Part shown: positions 49,931 to 59,949 of the stretch, piece after piece | How positions within the stretch are numbered: the first letter of the stretch is position 1 | Layout: each line of letters begins with the position of its first letter | NCBI GenBank assembly: GCA_046861395.1 | Contig: JBHHUC010000002.1 | Coordinates: 39,762-103,761, forward strand | Source: Fidelibacterota bacterium | Lineage (GTDB): Bacteria > Fidelibacterota > Marinisomatia > Marinisomatales > JABMOV01 | DNA: 64,000 nt | Direction: 5' to 3' | The notes under the pieces: generated by a model | What the model saw: only the letters and a program-made list of their open reading frames with translations | What the model was told of the DNA's origin: nothing | The model's database searches: none | Program-made: the position numbers and the translations under genes

Positions 49931-50659
49931 TTATTTATACCATTCGGAAGTAATGATGGACTGAGCCCGCTCCAGATCTTCCTTGAAATCCACTTCAATA
50001 CAGGGATATTGGGTGACATCCTCGTAATAAATATCATGCTCTGACAGAAGATTGTGGATTCCGGCTTCAAAATAATCGGCTGTTCCACCGGAGGTAATCA
50101 AACGGTCCAGGGAGGATTGAAACGCCCTACCGAATTCACCGGAAAATTTCGCCACACCGATGAATTCGCCCAGGGCATTTTCCTGGATCAGTTCCTTCCC
50201 GATCGCCACAATCCGGTTGCCATCGCCGGCCACAACTTTTACTTCTTCCCGGCCACAAGGTTTGATTTCCACTGCCAGGGCGGAATCAAATTGCGACTGA
50301 ACGACTTTTTTCAATAATCGTTGCGGATAAACAACGTCCCCGTTCATCAGTAAGAATTGACCATTGATCACGTCGGGAAGCGCCAGTTGCACCGAATAGG
50401 CCGTGTTGGTCTCAAAATAATGATGATTAATGACAGCTGTGATATTCAGGTTGGAATAGTACCGGTTTATATGTTCCAGGATTTTCTCACGGAAATAACC
50501 TAGGACGATGGTAATATCGTGGATTCCCAACTCACGCAGGGCATCAAGCTGATAGTTCAGGATGGGTTTTTTACCTACCTGCAACAGGCATTTCGGTTGC
50601 TGGTAAGTCAGTGGGTATAACCGGCGACTGACACCGGCGGCTAATATTAATGCTTTCAT
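49931..50659 (-). CDS. Phosphocholine-cytidylyltransferase-like (LicC-type) NTP transferase
   Basis: ILAAG..RL..PKCLL, NTAYS, NGDV, EEVKV, GEFIG, EVDFKEDL. Confidence 0.88.
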   Translation of the reverse strand: MKALILAAGVSRRLYPLTYQQPKCLLQVGKKPILNYQLDALRELGIHDITIVLGYFREKILEHINRYYSNLNITAVINHHYFETNTAYSVQLALPDVINGQFLLMNGDVVYPQRLLKKVVQSQFDSALAVEIKPCGREEVKVVAGDGNRIVAIGKELIQENALGEFIGVAKFSGEFGRAFQSSLDRLITSGGTADYFEAGIHNLLSEHDIYYEDVTQYPCIEVDFKEDLERAQSIITSEWYK

Positions 50660-50693
50660 GATGGGGGCGAAATTACATCCATTCCGGCGTATT

Positions 50694-51785
50694 TCATACA
50701 GACGACACCATCGATTTGACGTCCGTCAATAATCGTTCCGATGCTTTTCCATCCAAACGGTATAAGTATGTTCCAACCGCTTCCTTCCTTTTTTCGGCCA
50801 ACGGATCATCGCCGGCCAGCCGCCTGGTACACTCCGCTTCCAGTGATTCACTGTTTCGACAAGAGTACACGAAATCCACGGCATTAAATCGTTGATGATC
50901 CAGCCGTTTTTCCAGTAAAAAGGGAAATAGCCGGTGTTTAAAGCGCGGCGTGAACAATTCAGTCTGAATGATGGGTTTGCCTACGGCCAGGTATTCGAAT
51001 AAGGTGGAGGAAATATCGGTGACCAGGAGATCGGAATGATGATAGGCCGGAAGTATATTATAGCATGAGTATGGCAGAAGCTTGAGGCGGGGATTTTTTT
51101 CCGCAGCCTTCCGAGCCAGACGGATATGATGCCGATATTTCCGCTTGGTCCAGCTGAACTGATGCAATTTCACCAGGATGTTTGCCGCCAGGGAAAAAGT
51201 TGCAAGGCGGGGAATGACCCGTTCTACCGAGGAGGGATAAAATGTCGGGGCATATAAGATGGTGGGCAGTCCCGGTTCCGGTTCCATATCGGGCGGAAGG
51301 GTTAAAATGGCCGCTGATTGTTTTTTCTCCCAGGCCAGGGGATCCAGTTTGGTAAAACCGGCCAGTACTTTTCGACATGACAGGTTTTCCAAAACAGACA
51401 GACGGTCCGGCGATTCTACGACCAGTACATCGATGCGGGAATGGATGTCCGTATAATAGGACTGTTTCAAACCGATGCCGTGATAGATCATGATGACCCG
51501 GGCCCGGGATGTGACAATCGCCGCTAAATCTGTTTTATTACCGACAAAGATCAGATCATAATTTAGGCGCCGCAGTTCCGCCTGACGCTGGGTTTCGGAC
51601 GATGCCGTTATCACGGGAAAATCATGGCGTTTACATTCGGCCCGGAAAATATCGAATTCAGCTTTGGAAACACGCTGCGAAAGCGAAACCTCAATCGTGG
51701 CCCATCCCTGTTCCCGTAGCGTGAGCATGACGGGAAGAAACTGGGGCAGGTAATAGAGATGCTGGAGATGGAACAGGGCTTTCAT
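50694..51785 (-). CDS. CDP-glycerol glycerophosphotransferase (TagB/TagF)-like protein
   Basis: YHGIG.K, GFTKLD, LYAPTF, KLH, SDLLVTDISS..EY. Confidence 0.85.
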   Translation of the reverse strand: MKALFHLQHLYYLPQFLPVMLTLREQGWATIEVSLSQRVSKAEFDIFRAECKRHDFPVITASSETQRQAELRRLNYDLIFVGNKTDLAAIVTSRARVIMIYHGIGLKQSYYTDIHSRIDVLVVESPDRLSVLENLSCRKVLAGFTKLDPLAWEKKQSAAILTLPPDMEPEPGLPTILYAPTFYPSSVERVIPRLATFSLAANILVKLHQFSWTKRKYRHHIRLARKAAEKNPRLKLLPYSCYNILPAYHHSDLLVTDISSTLFEYLAVGKPIIQTELFTPRFKHRLFPFLLEKRLDHQRFNAVDFVYSCRNSESLEAECTRRLAGDDPLAEKRKEAVGTYLYRLDGKASERLLTDVKSMVSSV

Positions 51786-52807
51786 CGGGAAAAGATTTGG
51801 CGCACCTGTCGCTTTTGAATCCAGTTCGGACGCTTGGGACGCAGTCCCTGCAATTCGTTGTTGCGGTAAATGGATTTCACCGTTTCAATGACCCGCCGGG
51901 AAGATTGATGATCGGTATAGGGATGCAGGTCCTCCCGATAGAATTGGCGACGATGATGAAATTCATCCGGATCCTCAAGACTGCGGATGATGGCGCCGAA
52001 CAGGTCATCCGGTGTATCGATATCCAGTCCCTTATCCTTCCTTACCCGGGCCTGATAGGTAATAATGGGCCGGTCCAACAGGAGGTATTCATACACCACG
52101 GAAGACGTATCGGAAATCATGATATCGGCGGCGGCCATGAGGGGCAGAATATCCGGTTCATGCCACAGGATCAGGTTGGGATGGTGAGTGTTTTCCACTT
52201 TACGCACAAAATCCCGGTCCATTAAATCATGAAATTTGAATACCCACTGAAACGGTTTGTCCAGAATATTTTTGATGGCCGGCCATAGCGGTTGGGCCGA
52301 AGAATAGCGGGGACTGAATGTAGGCGCAAAAAGGATGAGGGGGCGTTCGGGATCAAATCCCAGATCCGCTTTCGCCTGAACAACCGTTTTACCCTCATCA
52401 ATCCGGTCCAGTTTGGCCCAACCTGTTTCACGAACCAGAAAATGGTTATGCCGCCGGGCCAGTTGCTGGAATTTTTGCGTCATGTAAGGTCCCGGAGTAC
52501 AATATACATCGAAGAAATTCGTAATTCGGTAATGCCCCCGTTTTTCCTCCCCCAGACCGTGAAAGAGCTGGACTTTCATCCCGGGCCAGAAATGGGGAAC
52601 AACATTGCCCGGGACCAGGATGGCATCGGGCTGATATTCCGTCACTTCGGCATTGGAACGCATGACCTTTCTATCATGAGGAGCGGTGGCAATATTTTTG
52701 CTTAAAAAATAATATACATCATCGGTATCGGTGTCCGCCAGGTAGTGATAGAGCGGTTCAAGAATTGAAAAGGAATACGGTTTGGTAACCAGCAGAATAA
52801 AACGCAT
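51782..52807 (-). CDS. CDP-glycerol glycerophosphotransferase (TagB/TagF)-like protein
   Basis: FHG, TGWAKLD, LFAPTF, KFH, ADIMISDTSSVVYEY. Confidence 0.87.
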   Translation of the reverse strand: MRFILLVTKPYSFSILEPLYHYLADTDTDDVYYFLSKNIATAPHDRKVMRSNAEVTEYQPDAILVPGNVVPHFWPGMKVQLFHGLGEEKRGHYRITNFFDVYCTPGPYMTQKFQQLARRHNHFLVRETGWAKLDRIDEGKTVVQAKADLGFDPERPLILFAPTFSPRYSSAQPLWPAIKNILDKPFQWVFKFHDLMDRDFVRKVENTHHPNLILWHEPDILPLMAAADIMISDTSSVVYEYLLLDRPIITYQARVRKDKGLDIDTPDDLFGAIIRSLEDPDEFHHRRQFYREDLHPYTDHQSSRRVIETVKSIYRNNELQGLRPKRPNWIQKRQVRQIFSR

Positions 52808-52818
52808 AATTGCCCTGG

Positions 52819-53946
52819 TTATTGCGGCATATGCATGACAATGGAATCTCTGATTCGCTCCGACGCCTTACCGTCCAGTTTGTATAACATGGCTTCCTTT
52901 AATTGATTCCGTAATTCAGGATTGGGATCATACCCATTCAATACCTTTTCAATTGCCAGGGCCAAATCTCTGGGTCTGGCAATCTTAACGCAAAAATCCG
53001 TCAATTCATGGATCATATCCCGGTCCAATCGTTTCCGGTACAATCGTTTTCTCAGCAATAAATGACTTAAGTACAGTTTATAGAATTCACATACGATGAT
53101 GGGTTTATCCAGGGCCATCATTTCATAGATGGTTGATGAGGCATCCGTCACAAGAATATCGGCGGCCTGATAATAAGGAATGATACTGTAATCCTCCGGT
53201 TCAATGACATGGATATGCTGATACCGTTTTTGCAGTTTCCGGAGTAATTTCCGTTGCGGAACCAGATTCGCATCACTGAATCGTTTCTTGAAATGAACCC
53301 ACATGTGCAGTTTAATGATCAAATTATAGTCTTTGGTCTGTTCCGCCAGTGATTTACCGAATATTTCAAACGAACTGGGATAGAACGTGGGCGCGTAGAG
53401 AATCGTTTTTTTATTAGGATCCAATTGATGCTGCTGCAGGATCTCCTCACGGCTGGGAAAGTCAGGATGGAACAAGGGATCGATCTTTGAAAAACCCGTT
53501 ATTTCCAGATCCGTCGTAACACCTTTGTTCCGCAGCTGGTCCTTGCGATACTGTCCTTCCACAAACCGGATATCCAGGCGGCTGTGATTATCGCGCCAAT
53601 AAGAGGGTTTCACCCCGATCCCATGATAAATCATACCCACCTTCGTCGTGGCCGGGACATATTTATCAATCTCATATCGTGACCAGCCGCAAATGAACCA
53701 GTCCGGGTTCATGGCTTTGATGGTTTCCATCCGCTCCTGTTCCAAGTCACAGAATATTGTTTTCACTCCACGTTTTGAAATAATGGATTTTGCCAGATCA
53801 TTTTCCAGCTTGTCTATGTCTTGCGATACGGTGAGGTACACTTCGAAGCGAGGATCATTCTTCAACAAATCAATGACAGGATCGAATTGCGGCAAATGAT
53901 AGATATGGTAGGCATCAAAAATGATGGAAATTTTTCTGTCTTTCAT
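52819..53946 (-). CDS. CDP-glycerol glycerophosphotransferase (TagB/TagF)-like protein
   Basis: YHGIGVK, GFSKID, LYAPTF, KLH, ADILVTDASS; start moved to ATG 53946. Confidence 0.85.
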   Translation of the reverse strand: MKDRKISIIFDAYHIYHLPQFDPVIDLLKNDPRFEVYLTVSQDIDKLENDLAKSIISKRGVKTIFCDLEQERMETIKAMNPDWFICGWSRYEIDKYVPATTKVGMIYHGIGVKPSYWRDNHSRLDIRFVEGQYRKDQLRNKGVTTDLEITGFSKIDPLFHPDFPSREEILQQHQLDPNKKTILYAPTFYPSSFEIFGKSLAEQTKDYNLIIKLHMWVHFKKRFSDANLVPQRKLLRKLQKRYQHIHVIEPEDYSIIPYYQAADILVTDASSTIYEMMALDKPIIVCEFYKLYLSHLLLRKRLYRKRLDRDMIHELTDFCVKIARPRDLALAIEKVLNGYDPNPELRNQLKEAMLYKLDGKASERIRDSIVMHMPQ

Positions 53947-53962
53947 ATAAAACCTAATTATT

Positions 53963-55807
53963 TCATTGAAATTGCATTTCGAACAGATGACGATAATATC
54001 CCCCGGCCGCCAACAGTGCGACATGCGTGCCCTGCTCAATGATCTTGCCATCTTTCAGCACGAGAATTTCATCTGCTTTGACAATGGTGGATAACCGGTG
54101 GGCAATGACTAATGCGGTGCGGTCCACCATCAGACTTTCCATGGCTCTCTGGACTTCCCGTTCGGATTCCGTATCCAGGGAAGAGGTTGCTTCATCCAGA
54201 ATCAGAATCGGTGGATCCTTCAACAGGGCCCGGGCAATGGCAATCCGTTGTCGCTGGCCACCGGATAATTTCACCCCTTTTTCTCCCACCATCGTATCAA
54301 ACCCGTCGGGCATTTCTTCGATGAAACTTAACGCATAAGAGGCCTGGGCCGCGGCCTTGATCTCATCCAACGATACGGATTCATTACCGTAAGCAATATT
54401 ATTGCGAATACTGTCGTTGAACAGGATCGTATCCTGGTTAACAATGCCCATGAGATTCCGTAGCGAGGGTACGGAAATATCACGAATATCGATGCCATCG
54501 ATACATATCCGTCCCTTATCCACATCATAGAACCGCGGAATCAGATCCGCGATGGTGGACTTCCCCGAACCGCTTTGCCCCACCAGGGCCACAATCTGTC
54601 CCCGTTTAATGGTAAAGGAAATATCGGACAATATGGGTGCTTCATCCGTTTCTACATAAGAAAAATACACGTTATCAAACGTAATGGATGATTCAAATCC
54701 TTTTTTCGTAATGGCATCCGGTCGGTTTACAATGGAAGGTTTTGTATCAAGGATGGTAAATACCCGTTCCGCCGAAGCAATGCCGATCTGCAACTGCGTA
54801 TTGACATTACTGAGATTGCGAATGGGCGTGAAGGTGGAAAATAGAATGAGGATGAACCGGATGAAATCTTCCGACGTAATACTCTGGTCAATGAGGACAG
54901 CCTTCCCGCCGGTCCAGAGGAGAACGACACCGATCAATACACCAATCAGTTCCGTAACCGGCGATGAAATATGGCGCAACCGGGAACGACGGAAGAGGAG
55001 GACAAAATGGTTCTTTGTCTCCCGGTTGAATTTCGCAATTTCATAACGCTCCATGACAAAGGCCTTTACAATACGCATGGCCGATATGGTTTCGCTGATG
55101 ATACTGGTAATGCCGGCAATGGACACGGCAGTTCGATGTGACTTGCGCCGAATACTTTTCCCGATCCCCACAATGATCATGGCCGAAACAGGGATTGTGA
55201 TCAGGGTGATCAATGCCAATTGCCAATTAATAATAAACAGTAATACAACCATGACCAGGACATTGACCGGCTCAACCAGCAATTTCTGGAATCCGGTGGA
55301 AAAGGCCAGTCGCATGTTCGCCACATCATTGATAATAATGGACGTGATTTCACCGGATTTCTTTTTCTTGAAGAAGGTCAATGAAAGCGAATGAAGATGG
55401 GCATAGACCCGTTCGCGAATTATCTGGATCAGTTTTAACTGGACAAACGAAAGTGTGATATTCTTCAGATACAGGAAAATATTTTTCAGGGTGAAAATAA
55501 TCAGAATGGACAGACTCAGGCTCCTGAGCGTCTCCAGGGGCGATGATTTCAAGATCAGGCTGTTCGTGAGGAGTTTTAAATGGTCGTTGGCCGACATGGA
55601 CGTACTGCTTTTCAATATTTCATTCTGTTGTATCAGTTTATCGAAATCGGACAAAATATTGTTGAGCAAGGTTGCCGTCAGCCAGACGGACATGCTGTTA
55701 AAGGCAACATAAAGCAGCGCGGAAAACGTCGAAACCGCGATCATTATCCAGAAAGGTTTAATTAAACTGAATAATCGCAAGTAAATATTCTTTTTTTCAG
55801 TTCCCAT
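53963..55807 (-). CDS. MsbA-like ABC exporter (TMD+NBD)
   Basis: GQSGSGKST, LSGGQRQR, LDEATSSLD, IAHRLST; N-terminal TM domain. Confidence 0.92.
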   Translation of the reverse strand: MGTEKKNIYLRLFSLIKPFWIMIAVSTFSALLYVAFNSMSVWLTATLLNNILSDFDKLIQQNEILKSSTSMSANDHLKLLTNSLILKSSPLETLRSLSLSILIIFTLKNIFLYLKNITLSFVQLKLIQIIRERVYAHLHSLSLTFFKKKKSGEITSIIINDVANMRLAFSTGFQKLLVEPVNVLVMVVLLFIINWQLALITLITIPVSAMIIVGIGKSIRRKSHRTAVSIAGITSIISETISAMRIVKAFVMERYEIAKFNRETKNHFVLLFRRSRLRHISSPVTELIGVLIGVVLLWTGGKAVLIDQSITSEDFIRFILILFSTFTPIRNLSNVNTQLQIGIASAERVFTILDTKPSIVNRPDAITKKGFESSITFDNVYFSYVETDEAPILSDISFTIKRGQIVALVGQSGSGKSTIADLIPRFYDVDKGRICIDGIDIRDISVPSLRNLMGIVNQDTILFNDSIRNNIAYGNESVSLDEIKAAAQASYALSFIEEMPDGFDTMVGEKGVKLSGGQRQRIAIARALLKDPPILILDEATSSLDTESEREVQRAMESLMVDRTALVIAHRLSTIVKADEILVLKDGKIIEQGTHVALLAAGGYYRHLFEMQFQ

Positions 55808-55814
55808 AAAATAA

Positions 55815-56234
55815 TCAGGTCGCAAGAATCATTTGTTTGTGTCGGATACCGGCCTCTTCAAATTCGTCACCGATTTCCCTGAATCCGTATTGGCGATAAA
55901 AATCAATGACATCAACCTGGGCATTCAGATAGATAATGGATCCGGCATTTTCTTCCAGACAGTATTGTACCAGAGCCGAACCCACGCCCCGGGAACGATA
56001 GGGTTTCAGCACGGCAAACCGCTCCAGTTTGACACCGTCCGGAGTCTGCCGCCAGCGGGCCGTTCCCACCGGTTCATTCCCGGCCCAGGCCAGGATATGG
56101 GTCGCTGAATCTTCAAATTCATCCATTTCAATTTCCGGTGGTACTTTTTGCTCTCCAATAAAGACGGCGGTCCTTATCCGATGGGCCAAGGCCAAATCTT
56201 CTGCACCACGTATCTGTTTTACCCTAATTTTCAT
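55815..56234 (-). CDS. GNAT N-acetyltransferase (ElaA/YjcF-like)
   Basis: IR..VF..EQ, KLERFAV..RSRGVG, LNAQ, FEEAGIRH. Confidence 0.9.
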   Translation of the reverse strand: MKIRVKQIRGAEDLALAHRIRTAVFIGEQKVPPEIEMDEFEDSATHILAWAGNEPVGTARWRQTPDGVKLERFAVLKPYRSRGVGSALVQYCLEENAGSIIYLNAQVDVIDFYRQYGFREIGDEFEEAGIRHKQMILAT

Positions 56235-56307
56235 CTGATTAATTTCGGGACACTGACTTGACTATGAAATATCAAAACACGGTCAGTAAAGGAATCAGCT
56301 CAGGATT

Positions 56308-56685
56308 ATGAAAAGCAAAAATAAACACATTATTGTAGTCGGTGACAGAATTTTAATTCGTCCTGATTCGGGTGAAAAGAAATCCGCCTCCGGTTTATAC
56401 CTGCCTCCCAGTGTAATGGCAAAACAGGATGTCCGGGGCGGTGTTGTGGTGGAAGTAGGACCTGGCATTCCCCTGGGAAAGCCCAGTGACGCGGTTGACG
56501 AACCCTGGGAGACAGGCCACAGACCACCGGATTATTTCCCCACGCAGGCCGAAATCGGCGATTATGCCTTGTTTGTCAGTAAATCCGCCATTGAGATCAA
56601 TGTGGAGGATATTCCCTATTTAATTGTTCCCCAATCGGCCATTCTGGTCCTGATCCGGGACGATTTGGACGCCCTTGCAGACTGA
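56308..56685 (+). CDS. GroES/Cpn10-family protein (no adjacent groEL)
   Basis: GDRILIRP..SGLYLP..GVVVEVGPG..IGD..AIL. Confidence 0.85.
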   Translation: MKSKNKHIIVVGDRILIRPDSGEKKSASGLYLPPSVMAKQDVRGGVVVEVGPGIPLGKPSDAVDEPWETGHRPPDYFPTQAEIGDYALFVSKSAIEINVEDIPYLIVPQSAILVLIRDDLDALAD

Positions 56686-57841
56686 CTCTGCTCATCCGGA
56701 AGGCAAGGGAGGGATATACATTCATATTCCCTTCTGTCTGACGAAATGCAATTATTGCGATTTTTATTCCCTGGCCGACCGGCAGGAGCGAATACCTGAT
56801 TTTATCCGGGCCCTGTGCCGGGAAATCAATCGTTTCCCCCAGAGACCTAGCTGGACCATCGACACTGTATTCATCGGCGGCGGTACGCCAACGGTGATCG
56901 GCCGGGACGGACTGGAACAATTAATCGAAGCCCTACGGCAGCGTTTTGATCTGTCACAGGTATTGGAATTCACCATTGAGACCAATCCGGGCGAAATTTC
57001 ACCAGATGTATTGGCCTGGCTACCGAAAGCGGGTATTAACCGCTTATCCATCGGTGTACAATCCCTCCATGACCATCACTTGAAATTCCTGACCCGTATT
57101 CATGATTCTGAAGCCGGCTATCAGACCTTGACCTGGGCCCAGGAAGCGGGGATTGAAAACATCAACCTTGATTTCATCTATGGCCTGCCGGGACAGTCGG
57201 TGGAAGAATGGTCACGTGATTTACATACGATCGTTTCTCTTGACGTCCCGCATATATCTGCCTACACGCTGACCGTCGAACACGGTACAGAACTCCAGCG
57301 ACAGGTCAGGGGCGGATCGGTGATCATGCCGCCGGACGACGATACGATTCGTCTGTTTGATACTACCCGTTCCATTCTGTCCTCTGCCGGAATTGAACCC
57401 TATGAAATTTCCAATTTTTCGCGGCCCGGACAGGAATGCCGCCATAATCTGCATTACTGGCGGATTGAGCCTTATCTGGGTTTCGGTCCCTCCGCTCACA
57501 CATATTTTGACAATTATCGCTGGCAGAACATGGCCGGACTGGATCAATATATTGATCATATTATGAAGAATATTTCACCGGTCATTCATCGCTACCAGGT
57601 GGATGAACGGGAATTCACCAATGAATTGACCGGGTTCGGGTTGCGCCTGGAGGCCGGGTTTTCTCTGTCGCGTATTCCGGAATCGTACAGATCGTCCTTC
57701 TCACGGTTAATCGAACAGGTCCGGGAACGGTTTCCGGGTTGTCTTGAGGTGCAAGGAAATCGGGTCAGGTTAACGGATCAGGGTCGGCATGTAGCGGATG
57801 CCATCGCTGCTGAATTAATAATTGATGAAATAGATCAATAA
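56675..57841 (+). CDS. hemW: Radical SAM heme chaperone HemW (HemN-like)
   Basis: YIHIPFC..CNYCDF, GGGTP, YEISNF, CRHNLHYW, GFGPSAH. Confidence 0.92.
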   Translation: MQTDSAHPEGKGGIYIHIPFCLTKCNYCDFYSLADRQERIPDFIRALCREINRFPQRPSWTIDTVFIGGGTPTVIGRDGLEQLIEALRQRFDLSQVLEFTIETNPGEISPDVLAWLPKAGINRLSIGVQSLHDHHLKFLTRIHDSEAGYQTLTWAQEAGIENINLDFIYGLPGQSVEEWSRDLHTIVSLDVPHISAYTLTVEHGTELQRQVRGGSVIMPPDDDTIRLFDTTRSILSSAGIEPYEISNFSRPGQECRHNLHYWRIEPYLGFGPSAHTYFDNYRWQNMAGLDQYIDHIMKNISPVIHRYQVDEREFTNELTGFGLRLEAGFSLSRIPESYRSSFSRLIEQVRERFPGCLEVQGNRVRLTDQGRHVADAIAAELIIDEIDQ

Positions 57842-58605
57842 CGAAAATGTTTGATTTTTTCCCCTTCACCACCGATGCCGGACATAGCCTGAATTCCGAT
57901 TTCCAGATGTAAATCCACATAGGTCGATGTCACCTGCAAGTCCGATTCTTCGGTTTTGATTCCTTCCGGGATCATGGGTGTATCGGAAACAAGCAACAGG
58001 GCCCCGCGGGGAATTTCATTGGCAAACCCGGTAATGAAAATAGTGGCCGTTTCCATGTCAATACCCAGAACCCGGATGCGCCGCAGATACAGTTTGAATT
58101 CTTCGTCATGTTCCCATACCCGCCGGTTGGTGGAATAGACAACCCCGGTCCGGTAGTCCTGTTGGCGATCCATGATAAGCTGAGAAACATATTTATGCAA
58201 TTTAAAGGACGGCATGGCCGGGACTTCCTTGGGGAAATAGTCATCGCTGGTCCCTTCACCCCGAATGGCGGCGATGGGTAGAATGAAATGTCCGATTTCA
58301 GTGGATTTTTTCAGACCGCCGCACTTCCCCAGGAACAATACGCCCTTGGGATTTCGGGCCGATAGCAAATCCATTATGGTTGCGGCATTGGCACTACCGA
58401 TACCGAAATTGATGATACTCAGATTGTTGTGGTTGGTGGCCGATGTCATGGGCCCACCCAGTCCACGGACGGGAACATCGAACTGGCTGGCAAATTTGTC
58501 CACATAATTCTGGAAATTCGTCAGAAGAATCCAGTCGCCAAATTCATCCGGCGCGGTTCCCGTGTAGCGTTTCAGCCATCCGGCTGCAATTTCCCTTTTT
58601 TCCAT
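57835..58605 (-). CDS. amn: AMP nucleosidase (short Bacteroidota-like form)
   Basis: WLKRYTG, ILLTNF, NFGIGSANAATIMDLL, LGKCGGL, NRRVWE, DMETAT. Confidence 0.88.
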   Translation of the reverse strand: MEKREIAAGWLKRYTGTAPDEFGDWILLTNFQNYVDKFASQFDVPVRGLGGPMTSATNHNNLSIINFGIGSANAATIMDLLSARNPKGVLFLGKCGGLKKSTEIGHFILPIAAIRGEGTSDDYFPKEVPAMPSFKLHKYVSQLIMDRQQDYRTGVVYSTNRRVWEHDEEFKLYLRRIRVLGIDMETATIFITGFANEIPRGALLLVSDTPMIPEGIKTEESDLQVTSTYVDLHLEIGIQAMSGIGGEGEKIKHFRY

Positions 58606-58616
58606 TTTTTCTTCTC

Positions 58617-59378
58617 CTAATCCAGTTCCAGCGATACCGGGCAATGATCCGATCCCATGATATCGTCATGAATATCGGCGGCTACGACATGATCCATAAA
58701 TCCTTCATTTACCCAGAAGTAATCGATACGCCAACCGACGTTCCGCGAACGGGCGCCAAATCGATAAGTCCACCAGGAATAACGGTCGGGTTCAGGATGA
58801 AAATGCCGAAATGTATCCACATAGCCGTGAGCCACATATTTATCAAGCAAGGCCCGTTCCTCCGGCAGAAATCCTGACGTTTTTTCATTTTCCCTGGGCC
58901 GGGCCAGGTCTATGGGGTTATGGGCCGTATTCCAGTCCCCTCCCACAACCACATTGTTTCCCGATTCCACCTGTTCATCCAGCTGAACCAGCAATGCTTC
59001 GTAGAAATCGAGTTTATACTGCAAGCGTTCTTCGTCTTTTTGTCCATTGGGAAAATAAATGTTATAAAATAAAAAATTTTCATGTTCGGTGATCAGAACG
59101 CGACCTTCGGCATCGAACCTTTCCAGTCCCATGCCTTTCTGGACATAAAGTGGTTCTGTCCGACAAAATGTAGCAACACCGCTGTACCCCGGTCGTTGCG
59201 CCGAATGCCAGTAGGCATGATATCCGTGTCCCGCAATCAGGTCGGGCGATAATTGGTCTTCCCGAGCTTTTGTTTCCTGAATACCGATAATATCAGCATC
59301 GGCCTGACTGAACCAGTCCAGGAACCCTTTTTTCTCGGCGGCACGAATACCATTCACATTCCAGGAAATTAATTTCAT
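58617..59378 (-). CDS. xth: Exodeoxyribonuclease III
   Basis: SWNVNGIRA, QETK, GYSGVA, YFPNG, GDWN, GWRIDY, GSDHCP. Confidence 0.95.
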   Translation of the reverse strand: MKLISWNVNGIRAAEKKGFLDWFSQADADIIGIQETKAREDQLSPDLIAGHGYHAYWHSAQRPGYSGVATFCRTEPLYVQKGMGLERFDAEGRVLITEHENFLFYNIYFPNGQKDEERLQYKLDFYEALLVQLDEQVESGNNVVVGGDWNTAHNPIDLARPRENEKTSGFLPEERALLDKYVAHGYVDTFRHFHPEPDRYSWWTYRFGARSRNVGWRIDYFWVNEGFMDHVVAADIHDDIMGSDHCPVSLELD

Positions 59379-59454
59379 AACCTTCTTCCACGTTCTGTTG
59401 AAAAATATGCTGAAATTTAGGGTTGAATGGGTTGTAAAATTAGCTACAATAAAT

Positions 59455-59931
59455 ATGTCCAGAAATAAACATCGTCGTAGTCGTACCCGGCATGGGAAAT
59501 CCCTCTGGGAAGAATTCCGCACCGAATTCTTCATCGCATTTCTGTTTTTACTCGGCGTATTTCTCCTCGTTGAGGAAATGGAAATAAAACAAACCATATT
59601 TCTTACCTTCAAGACTGCCATTCAGTGGGTGGCCAGGGAAATCAACGCAGCGGCCCGGTTCGTTGCAGCTCTAATTCAGGAAGTGGAAACATCGGATATT
59701 GTGGGATTAATCTTAATTTTTATCGCAATCGCACTCATGGGTGGCAGGTTGCGTCAGAAAATTATCCATCGCTATGAACACCTGTATTCCTGCCCCCAAT
59801 GCGGTGATGAGTTGCATCGAATCCATCGCCGATTATGGCATAAAATATTGCAGCTGGTATTGTTTATCCGCGTCAAGCATTATACCTGCAAAAAATGTGA
59901 TTTCCACGGCATTCAAATTCTAGACCGGTAA
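59455..59931 (+). CDS. Hypothetical 2-TM membrane protein with C-terminal zinc ribbon
   Basis: Two hydrophobic helices; CPQCG..RIHR..CKKC. Confidence 0.65.
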   Translation: MSRNKHRRSRTRHGKSLWEEFRTEFFIAFLFLLGVFLLVEEMEIKQTIFLTFKTAIQWVAREINAAARFVAALIQEVETSDIVGLILIFIAIALMGGRLRQKIIHRYEHLYSCPQCGDELHRIHRRLWHKILQLVLFIRVKHYTCKKCDFHGIQILDR

Positions 59932-59949
59932 AATCCAAACGGCGTAGAG

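Noticed and set aside
58617..59621. Long N-terminal extensions in track ORFs (xth; also 52819-54051, 36222-37529, 5749-6246)
   Set aside because: Extensions overlap neighbouring genes or promoters; family-typical starts lie downstream
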